A program made the position numbers and the translations under genes. Source: a virus (Duplodnaviria; Caudoviricetes). From it: 26,082 nucleotides of DNA. The DNA is taken from the IMG/VR virus record IMGVR_UViG_3300037834_000030, positions 1-26,082 of that record; one strand, given 5' to 3'. The first letter of the stretch is position 1; every line of letters starts with the position of its first letter. Positions 1-7,057 of this stretch are shown here, piece by piece. The notes under the pieces were generated by a model, which was not told where the DNA came from, ran no database searches, and was given only the letters and a program-made list of their open reading frames with translations.

Positions 1-576
1 GCTCCCGGCAAGGAGTTCGGTCTCTGGCTGGATCACTCCGCCAACTGCGTGTCCTTCGCCGACGACACAGCATGGCTCTACGAGTATGGCGTCGATAGCC
101 TATCGAGCGCCCAGAAGAAGGACAGCGAGGTCCGCGAGTCCACCGAAAGGATCAAGAAAGAGCGGTTCTGCGGGGAGTGCGGAACGCAAATGGATGCCGG
201 CCAGCAGGCTTGCCCGTCCTGTGGTTGGGAGCGCCCGGCCCGAGGCGAAATCCAGATCGTCCAAGGCGAGCTGATCGACGTCCAGTTGACCACCCGCGAG
301 GCCTTCCGGCCCCGCAAGGGCCTGCGCGCCGAGTGTCTCAAGAACCCCCGCGGCGTCTGGAATGCTGCGCTCGCCTATTGCTTCTCCAACAGTCGCAACG
401 GCGAACACGTCGCCCGAAAATGGGCCTATGGCATATGGCGGGGCATCTATCCCGGTGCCAAGCTTCCGTACGGCCTCTATGACGCTCCCTGCACCCACGG
501 TCTGGTGACGCCCGAACAGTACGGCCTCATCGAGCGAGAGGTGACGCGCTTCCGTCGAGGGAGGCGCGCCGCATGA
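1..576 (+). CDS. SF2 (DEAD/DEAH, YejH/RadD-like) phage helicase, C-terminal part; 5' end outside the window
   Basis: Frame 1 is open from base 1 (APGKEFGLWLDHSAN), resembling the post-motif-VI 'PGK...LDH.GN' segment of these helicases, then a CGEC...CPSC zinc ribbon. The stop overlaps the next start (ATGA at 573-576). Confidence 0.75.
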   Translation, partial: APGKEFGLWLDHSANCVSFADDTAWLYEYGVDSLSSAQKKDSEVRESTERIKKERFCGECGTQMDAGQQACPSCGWERPARGEIQIVQGELIDVQLTTREAFRPRKGLRAECLKNPRGVWNAALAYCFSNSRNGEHVARKWAYGIWRGIYPGAKLPYGLYDAPCTHGLVTPEQYGLIEREVTRFRRGRRAA

Positions 577-1493
577 CGCTGGACGAGGCCATCATGAAGG
601 CATGCGAGGCGGTGTCCGTCGTGCCGACGAAGTCGCTCGCGATGGGCAAATGGTTGCGAACTGACGCGATCGGCAAGAACGGCAAGGGGGACGGCAGCGT
701 CATCCTCGATGAAGAGCGCGTGACCGCCTACAATTGGCAGACCGGCGAAAAGCAAACGGTCTGGCTCAAAGAAGAGCGGACGCCTGAGGATCGGCGCCAG
801 TTCGCCAAGCGCCGTGACGATGAGCGGAGGCAGGAGCGCGAGCGTTCCGAGCGCGCCGCCAGGATCGCCGAGCAGATCATCGCAGCCGCGAAGCCAGCCA
901 CGCATCCATACCTCGCGGTCAAGGGCTTCCCCGACGAGCATCCGCTAACGGTCGCGGCCGAAGCAGTCGCGCGAATCGGTGGTGACTACCTCGTCCCGGA
1001 AGGCGCGCGGCTGGCGCTGGTCGTACCGGCGCGCATCGGTGCGCGCGTCACGAGCCTGCAGCTTATCTGGGCCGACGGCACCAAGAAATTCCTCTATGGC
1101 GGGGACATGGGCGGCGCGTTCCATCGCATCGCCACGGGCGGCGAGACCTGGCTATGCGAAGGGTACGCGACCGGCCTCTCGCTGCGCCTGGCGCTCAAGG
1201 GGCTCAACCGCCGCGACACTGTGCTCGTCTGCTTCTCGGCGGCCAATGTCGTCAAGGTCGCGCAGGCGGTGAGGGGCCGATGTTTCATCGCGGCCGACAA
1301 CGATCCCCCGCCCAAGGCGAAGCCGGATCAATTCGGTGGTCTCGGCGCTGGCGAGTACTTCGCTCGCAAGGCGGGCCGGCCCTACCTGATGCCCCCGATG
1401 GTGGGAATGGACGTCAACGACTTTCATCTCAGCGCCGGCATTTTCGCCGTCCAGCGCCTCATCACCAACATGACGCGGGAGGCGAAGATGTAG
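573..1493 (+). CDS. Toprim-domain DNA primase-like protein (TraC/P4-alpha-like)
   Basis: HPYLAVKG, SLQLIWADGTKKFL, CEGYATGLS (Toprim Glu), IAADND (DxD) and the terminal D-x-N-D motif (MDVND). Confidence 0.88.
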   Translation: MTLDEAIMKACEAVSVVPTKSLAMGKWLRTDAIGKNGKGDGSVILDEERVTAYNWQTGEKQTVWLKEERTPEDRRQFAKRRDDERRQERERSERAARIAEQIIAAAKPATHPYLAVKGFPDEHPLTVAAEAVARIGGDYLVPEGARLALVVPARIGARVTSLQLIWADGTKKFLYGGDMGGAFHRIATGGETWLCEGYATGLSLRLALKGLNRRDTVLVCFSAANVVKVAQAVRGRCFIAADNDPPPKAKPDQFGGLGAGEYFARKAGRPYLMPPMVGMDVNDFHLSAGIFAVQRLITNMTREAKM

Positions 1494-2127
1494 GTGCGGT
1501 GTCGGGCCGGAAGGTATCACGGCCCAAGCGCGGCGGGGAAACCCAGAAGCGCTTCCGGGATCGGCTTGGTGAGGCCGCTCGTCGCGCCGGATAACAGCGA
1601 CACATAGCCTGCATCGCGACCACGGCGAACGTGGCGGAGACAATCCGGAAGACAAGACCGGCTCCGAACGCAGGGATGCCATCACCCACACTGGACGCAC
1701 CCGGAAACGAGGTGCAGCCGCCTCTTGGTCGCCTGGATGGCCTCGAGGAGGTGCCGCTGCCAGTCGAAGCGCACGTAGGGCCGACAGGGCAACCCCGGCT
1801 CGAGCCGCAAGGCAATCGTGCATCCAGGTGTGTGTGGGCGTCCCAATTCGTGGCCATGACACAGCACTTCGCCCCAATCGCTGGGCGAAGTGTGCCTGAA
1901 CGAACCCATCCGCAGCCATAAACATGAAAGGAGCCGAGACAGGTGTTGCGACTCACCGTTTGACGAAGGTGAAGGCGTTGGCTGGGCTCACGAGGCCGAC
2001 CGGGTGCTCAAAAACTGGTTGGAAGCGCTCTCATTCGGCGAGACCTTCCTTGACGATAAGGAGTAGCAGTCGGTACAAATTCTTTGTCCGACTATGCCTG
2101 CCCGACCTCTCCTCAACCGAGAGGTCG
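1494..2127 (+). ncRNA. Candidate large structured non-coding RNA (or structured origin/leader), family unknown
   Basis: No credible ORF in an otherwise gene-dense region. Manual pairing gives a closing helix 1494-1504/1857-1867, nested stems, GNRA loops at 1538, 1704, 1789 and 1807, G-U wobbles in + sense, and a second multibranch domain at 1928-2047. Confidence 0.6.
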
Positions 2128-2131
2128 TTTC

Positions 2132-2995
2132 ATGTCCAAGCCCCGTAAGGGCGTCCGCCGCCGCACCCCCGAACAGCGCGAAGCCGAAGAGCGACGCGAG
2201 TATGAGCAGGCTGTCGCCGATCTGCCGGCAGCCGAAGAGGCCATGCGGGCGGAATCGGCTGAGTACTCTCAGGCCTACGAGCAGGCCGTCCGCGAACTCC
2301 ATCGCCTCCACGACATCATGGCGAAGGAGCGGGCGCGTTCCCTCTCAGCCCAGCGCCGCGTTGCCACCCTCCGCGCGATCGTCGACAAGGGTGGCGGCGA
2401 GGGAAAACCGGCGGTCGTCATGCGGCTCATCGAAAACCCGTACATCACTCAGGGCCTCCTCGATGCCGTCGCCAGCGGCGAGGTCGTCACACGGCACGAC
2501 CGGAGCCAGATGGCTGCGATCAACCAGGTTCTCCTTGTCGGAGGCCTCGCGCGAGTGAAGGGCAAGAGTGAGGCGCAGTTCCTCGCCGGCACCAAGTATT
2601 GCCACCTCTATGAGCGCTCGCAAATCGGCGCGGCGCGCGCCACGGACTATTCACAGATTCGCGTCGATACTTCCGGCCCTCATGGCGATCCAACAAACGC
2701 AGGCCAGGACGCGGCACGCGCCGAACTGGAGGGCGCCCGGAAGGTCCTCGGGTCCCGCGCCGCCAGCATCGTTGATCAAGTCGTGGTGTACGGCGATTCC
2801 GTGCGTGGTCTCGCCAAGCGGCTCGGACATGGCGAGGGCGGGCAGGCTCGCCGTCGGGCCGAGCGCGAGCTTCTCGACGCGCTGGACGTGCTCGTAGATC
2901 ATTTCAACCTGCTACCGTCGGAGACGCGTAAGGCGCGTCGGTGGAGCGACGGCAGTAAGGCGAGGATCATCCGCGAGGAGGAGCAGACCGCGTGA
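2132..2995 (+). CDS. Putative late-gene regulator/antiterminator (DUF6456-like C-terminal HTH)
   Basis: ATG 2132 follows SD GAGAGG. N-terminal coiled coil; the C-terminal AARAELEGARKVLG...SVRGLAKRLG...LLDALDVLVDHF resembles DUF6456/sigma-4-like HTH proteins. It occupies the lambda-Q position just before a promoter-terminator pair. Confidence 0.6.
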   Translation: MSKPRKGVRRRTPEQREAEERREYEQAVADLPAAEEAMRAESAEYSQAYEQAVRELHRLHDIMAKERARSLSAQRRVATLRAIVDKGGGEGKPAVVMRLIENPYITQGLLDAVASGEVVTRHDRSQMAAINQVLLVGGLARVKGKSEAQFLAGTKYCHLYERSQIGAARATDYSQIRVDTSGPHGDPTNAGQDAARAELEGARKVLGSRAASIVDQVVVYGDSVRGLAKRLGHGEGGQARRRAERELLDALDVLVDHFNLLPSETRKARRWSDGSKARIIREEEQTA

Positions 2996-3003
2996 GATGC
3001 GGA

Positions 3004-3050
3004 TGGCCTGCTCTGGCCTGCTTGTCAGACGGGCCAAATCACCCTAAGGT
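3004..3050 (+). promoter_or_regulatory. Putative sigma70-type late promoter with upstream direct repeat
   Basis: TTGTCA (3022-3027), 17-nt spacer, TAAGGT (3045-3050); tandem TGGCCTGCT at 3004-3012 and 3014-3022 abuts the -35 box. Confidence 0.55.
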
Positions 3051-3078
3051 GCAGACAGGTTGGCGCTCTGCGCCAGTG

Positions 3079-3106
3079 GGCTCGCTTTGGCGGGCTTTTT
3101 TGTTTT
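3079..3106 (+). terminator. Rho-independent terminator
   Basis: Stem GGCTCGC/GCGGGCT with a 4-nt loop, followed by TTTTTGTTTT. Confidence 0.8.
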
Positions 3107-3134
3107 CAGGCGCTGGCGCGGACCTCGCAACCAG

Positions 3135-3401
3135 TTACCGTCCGTCCAAGAAAGGGGCCCCCTGTCCCGAAATTGGATTAAAGCCTGTGAGCAACTCTCG
3201 GGTCCAGTTCAGGAGTTCAAGTCGATCTAGAGGGTCTGCGTCGTGTCGCACTTCCTCATACGCTTGGCCTAATCTCGCAAGGTAGCCTTCTTGAAACCCT
3301 GGCTGATATTTCTCAATCTCCTGAACAAGGCAGGCGACTAGGATTGCTACGCCCCTTTTGCTGTCGTGCAGTTGCTCGTCCAAAGTGTCGCGTTCCGACA
3401 T
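3135..3401 (-). CDS. Hypothetical 88-aa accessory protein (moron)
   Basis: Strong SD (AGGGAGG) before the ATG; antisense to the late operon; visibly more AT-rich than its neighbours. Confidence 0.75.
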   Translation of the reverse strand: MSERDTLDEQLHDSKRGVAILVACLVQEIEKYQPGFQEGYLARLGQAYEEVRHDADPLDRLELLNWTRELLTGFNPISGQGAPFLDGR

Positions 3402-3432
3402 CCCGACCTCCCTGTTCTATGGTGATCCGAGG

Positions 3433-3777
3433 ATGCCCCGCAAGCCACCCTCGCGCAAGACGGCGCCACATGACCGAATGGCTCGGCGTCGCGCCTACGA
3501 CCGCAAGCGCGACCAGCAGGAGTGGCGCCGCTGGTACAAGACAGCACGCTGGCAGAAGCGCCGTGCTGCTCAACTAGCAGTCGAGCCTCTATGTGCGATC
3601 TGCCTCCTGGCCGGGCGCGTCACCGCTGCCACCGTCGCCGACCACGTCAAACCCCACCGAGGCGACCCGGTGAAGTTCTGGGAAGGTGAGCTCCAGTCTC
3701 TCTGCGACGAAGCGCCGTGGCGTTGCCACTCGAGCGTGAAGCAGCGGGAGGAGCTGGGCCGGCGCACCGATGGGTAG
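3433..3777 (+). CDS. HNH endonuclease (HK97 gp74-like packaging cofactor)
   Basis: WYKTARWQKRR, PLCAIC, ATVADHVKPHRGD, LQSLC...CHSSVKQ; lies upstream of terS. The start may instead be 3478. Confidence 0.9.
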   Translation: MPRKPPSRKTAPHDRMARRRAYDRKRDQQEWRRWYKTARWQKRRAAQLAVEPLCAICLLAGRVTAATVADHVKPHRGDPVKFWEGELQSLCDEAPWRCHSSVKQREELGRRTDG

Positions 3778-3826
3778 TGACATCGACGGACGACCGACCG
3801 ATCTGAACCATCCCTAGAACAGGTGA
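3770..3826 (+). pseudogene. Out-of-frame remnant of the HNH C-terminal tail
   Basis: The +1 frame reads GSDIDGRPTDLNHP*NR*, resembling the 'G.D.DG.P.DP.HPWN' tail of many phage HNH proteins, with TAG where TGG (Trp) is expected. Confidence 0.55.
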
Positions 3827-3990
3827 CATGGATGAGCCGCCGCAGGCCGGCATGGGCTTTGGGCGACGACAGGGGAGAGTGATGGAGAGACAGACGGGTT
3901 TAATGTTCGGCTCACATGAGCAGGGTGCGAGTCTCGTATTGGCGAAGCTGGAACCGTTAGCGCGGATCGAGGTGTATACTCCCGAGCAGG

Positions 3991-4698
3991 TCAGTAAAGC
4001 GATTCAGTTTCTCGCAGGAAGCCCGTTAGCTGCCGACGTGCTTGCGCGGCTACGGCGTCATCAGGCGAACCAGTGATAGCCTGCGTGTAGAACGATAGTG
4101 CGACTATCGCTCGTTGCAGTAGGTGACGAGGTGTGTCGAAATCGGCTTGCGTCCATACTTCGGTGCCGTCACGGAGCACCTTTATCGCCTCTCGCGCGTG
4201 GTCGTTGGAGATAGAGGCTTTGCGATCAACAGAGACCGAATACTGAGTCGGCGCAGCCATGGTTGTCTCTCCCGGTGCGGCTTGCATCATTCTGCCGAAC
4301 TTAATAGCTGTCTCCGCCTTTGTCAGAAGCAGGGCGTCGGGTAACTCAGGAATTGTTCCCCAAAGCCGATGGGCAAGGGTGTTTCTGGGCTCCGCCGACT
4401 TGTTGATGAGTTTGAATAAGGGTTTCAGTAGATCGCGCGTCTCCGTGTGGGCAATCTTTTCAACTGCGACTGCGCGAATTGCGTCCATCTGTTGGTTTTT
4501 GCCTCGGATCTGGTCGAGAATGGCATAAGCGGCGCTGTCGCCTGCTAAGATTGATGCCATGGTGCCGAGCATCATCTCAACGTTTGCCCATGAAGCGAAA
4601 AGTCGGGCGGCCTCAATGGCTAGCACCGGGCGCAGCGCTGCGGCATCGCTCACATTGATGGTGAGTGATTTGATTTCATCCGGTATCGAACTTGGCAC
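3991..4698 (-). CDS. Accessory protein with HEPN-like RX4H motif (candidate RNase/anti-phage effector)
   Basis: GTG start with SD GGGGAGG; helical-looking sequence with an N-terminal W..VE helix and RNTLAH (4369-4386) followed by LW; more AT-rich than the flanks. Confidence 0.7.
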   Translation of the reverse strand: MPSSIPDEIKSLTINVSDAAALRPVLAIEAARLFASWANVEMMLGTMASILAGDSAAYAILDQIRGKNQQMDAIRAVAVEKIAHTETRDLLKPLFKLINKSAEPRNTLAHRLWGTIPELPDALLLTKAETAIKFGRMMQAAPGETTMAAPTQYSVSVDRKASISNDHAREAIKVLRDGTEVWTQADFDTPRHLLQRAIVALSFYTQAITGSPDDAVAAQARRQLTGFLRETESLY

Positions 4699-4781
4699 TG
4701 CCCCCTCCCCAAGTGTTGGCGAGAAATAGATCAGTGCAGCGGCGAAGAGTCGATGCCCGTGCTATTCGCCTTGAGTCGGGT

Positions 4782-4858
4782 GGAGGGGCGGGTCAAAAGT
4801 CCAGGGCCTTCTGCTACTAGACCGGTGGCCCAAGCAAAAATCTGCGCGTGCGGATTAA
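4782..4858. other. Probable cos (packaging) region
   Basis: Non-coding interval just upstream of terS with the GGGGCGGGTCAAAAGT...TAGACCG...AAAAAT pattern I associate with HK97-like cos regions. The exact cut site cannot be determined. Confidence 0.5.
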
Positions 4859-4881
4859 AGTCGGAAATCAGGAAAACCTCC

Positions 4882-5283
4882 ATGCAGCGTGGCCCGAAGG
4901 CCCAGTTGCCTTCTGAGAAGAAGGCAAAGGGCACATATCAACCCGCGCGTGACGGCCACCGCGTAGAGATCATCGAGCCGATATCGACCCCCAAGCAGCC
5001 CGACTGGCTGACTGGTGAAGCGGAGGAGGTATGGCTTGACGACATCGGTCGGGTGAAACTCGCAACGGAGTCCGACAGCAGCTTGTTCGCCAACTACTGC
5101 TCGCTACAGGGCGCGATAGTGAAAGCGATCCGAGCCGGCGAGACGCCGCCTATTGCGGCCTTCACCGAGGTCCGAAAGATGCAGGAAGTGCTTGGTATCG
5201 GGGGTGCTCGCAGTCGCGTCGGAGTAATGCCCGAGGGCGGCAAAACCGGGAATGTCTTCGCCCGAAATGGCCGCAGGCAATAG
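4882..5283 (+). CDS. terS: Terminase small subunit (P27 family-like)
   Basis: MQRGPKAQLP..KKAKGT, PKQPDWLTGEAEEVW, FANYC, LGI..ARSR; SD AGGA; directly precedes terL. Confidence 0.88.
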   Translation: MQRGPKAQLPSEKKAKGTYQPARDGHRVEIIEPISTPKQPDWLTGEAEEVWLDDIGRVKLATESDSSLFANYCSLQGAIVKAIRAGETPPIAAFTEVRKMQEVLGIGGARSRVGVMPEGGKTGNVFARNGRRQ

Positions 5284-7057
5284 GGGGCATGGTGCCCGCG
5301 ACTATGCGGGCATTGCCGAGAAGTGGGCCAGGGATGTCGTTGCGGGCAGGGTGGTCGCGTGCAAGTGGGTAAAGCTCGCCTGCCGGCGTCACCTCAACGA
5401 TCTCAAGCGTCCTCGGCGATGGGGCTTCTACTACGATCGCTGGCATGGTGACGATGTCTGCGATTTCATCGAGAAGCTGCCGCACGTCGAGGGGCAGTGG
5501 TCCACGGCGACGATTTTCCTCGACCCGGCGCAAATCTTCATCCTCACCACGATCTTCGGCTGGAGACGTCGGGAGGATGGGAAGCGTCGGTTCAGTTACG
5601 TCTACATCGAGATGGCACGCAAGGGCGCCAAGTCGACATTGACCGCGGGCGTCGGGCTTTACTGCCTGACCTGCGAGGACGAGGTCGGCCCCCAGGTCAT
5701 CGTTGGCGCGACGACGGGAGAACAGGCCAAGAAGGTCTTCGGCCCGATGCAGAAGATGGTTCGCCGGAGTCATGATCTGCAGGAGGCGTTCGGCGTCACC
5801 GCCTGGGCACGATCGATCACCTGTGCCGCCAACGATGGCTATGTACAGCCGATTAACGCCAAGGGGTCAACGCAGGACGGGCACAACCCCCACATGGGAG
5901 TGCTCGACGAACTCCATGCCCATAAGGACCGGGGGCTCTTCGACGTCATCAAGTCGGCGTTCGGCGCCCGTTCAAACCCGCTCATGTGGATCATCACCAC
6001 GGCGGGCTTCAACACCAACGGCGTTTGCTACGAGCAGCGCACCTATCTGACCAAGGTACTGGAGGAGGTCTTCGAGGCCGACCACTTCTTCGGCATCATC
6101 TTCACCCTCGACGACGAGGTGTTGGACGAGGATGGCAAAGTCATCACGCCGGCCGACGACCCCTTCGACGAAAAGGTCTGGATCAAGGCGAACCCCATGC
6201 TCGGGGTAACGCCAAGTCTTAAATACCTGCGCGACGAGGCGAAGGACGCCAAGGCCTCACCGGGCAGCGAAGGCAACTTCCTGACCAAGAACCTGAACAG
6301 GTGGCTCAATGCCAATTCCGCCTGGCTCAATATGGAGCGCTGGAAGCAGTGCGCCGATCCTGCGCTGAGCTGGGACGCGCTCAAGGGCCTCGACTGCTGG
6401 ATCGGCGGAGACCTCGCCGACAAGGATGATATTACCGCCCTGGTGCTCGCCGCCTTCGATGCTGATGATCGGCTGATCTTTAAGCCGGTGTTCTGGCTGC
6501 CGGAGGCGGTGCTGGCGGACCCACTGCACGCTGAGGGAAGAGGGCCGGCTCCATACCGCAGCTGGCATCAGCAGGGACACCTGCGCCTCACGCCCGGCGA
6601 TTGGGTCGACCACAACGCGGTCGAGCGACTGGTCGAGGAGTGGATCGAGGAGTACGCCATCCGGCGCATCACCTTTGACCAGTTCGCCGCGGCGCAGGCA
6701 ATGGCCAGCCGCCTGAACGAGAAGCATGGCAGTGGAGACGATCCCTTGGCGGAGATCCTGCACAAGAAGGCGGCTGCCGTTACCGATCCGGCCAAGGAGT
6801 TGGAAGCCCGCGTCAAGGGCGGCTCCAATCGCCTGCGGCACGACGGCAATCCGGTAATGAACTGGATGGCCTCGAATGTCGTCGTCAGCCGGCGCCGGGA
6901 CGAAACGATCCTTCCGATCAAGGAGAGCCAGATGAGCCCGAACAAGATCGACGGGATCGATGCGCTGATCAACGCCATCGCGCCGGCGGTAGGGTTGGCC
7001 ACCGAGGCTGGCGAAGACCTCAGCGACTACCTCGCCGGCATGAGGGCGATGGCATGA
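5252..7057 (+). CDS. terL: Terminase large subunit (Terminase_1 type)
   Basis: Walker A ARKGAKST, Walker B VLDELH, ITTAG coupling motif, GGDLA nuclease motif, KIDGIDALINA. The start is 5252 or 5267. Confidence 0.97.
   Translation: MSSPEMAAGNRGHGARDYAGIAEKWARDVVAGRVVACKWVKLACRRHLNDLKRPRRWGFYYDRWHGDDVCDFIEKLPHVEGQWSTATIFLDPAQIFILTTIFGWRRREDGKRRFSYVYIEMARKGAKSTLTAGVGLYCLTCEDEVGPQVIVGATTGEQAKKVFGPMQKMVRRSHDLQEAFGVTAWARSITCAANDGYVQPINAKGSTQDGHNPHMGVLDELHAHKDRGLFDVIKSAFGARSNPLMWIITTAGFNTNGVCYEQRTYLTKVLEEVFEADHFFGIIFTLDDEVLDEDGKVITPADDPFDEKVWIKANPMLGVTPSLKYLRDEAKDAKASPGSEGNFLTKNLNRWLNANSAWLNMERWKQCADPALSWDALKGLDCWIGGDLADKDDITALVLAAFDADDRLIFKPVFWLPEAVLADPLHAEGRGPAPYRSWHQQGHLRLTPGDWVDHNAVERLVEEWIEEYAIRRITFDQFAAAQAMASRLNEKHGSGDDPLAEILHKKAAAVTDPAKELEARVKGGSNRLRHDGNPVMNWMASNVVVSRRRDETILPIKESQMSPNKIDGIDALINAIAPAVGLATEAGEDLSDYLAGMRAMA

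Noticed and set aside
1494-2131. Group II intron (begins GTGCG, domain-I-sized first domain, GNRA loops)
   Set aside because: I found no domain V (AGC/CGC triad hairpin with AC bulge), no domain VI/AY end, no EBS1 complementary to the upstream ATGTAG and no RT ORF. A derived domain-I-like origin cannot be excluded without a covariance search.
1631-2148. Short ORFs 1631-1921 and 1924-2148 (+), and 1152-1925 and 1462-1956 (-)
   Set aside because: No recognisable motifs or convincing SD spacing, Pro/Arg/Ser-rich shadow-like composition; the region is better explained by RNA structure.
3828-4076. 82-aa + strand ORF (possible start 3882 with SD GGGGAG)
   Set aside because: Overlaps the 3' end of the better-supported 235-aa minus-strand gene by 86 nt and has no motif. 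It could be a remnant but is not supportable.
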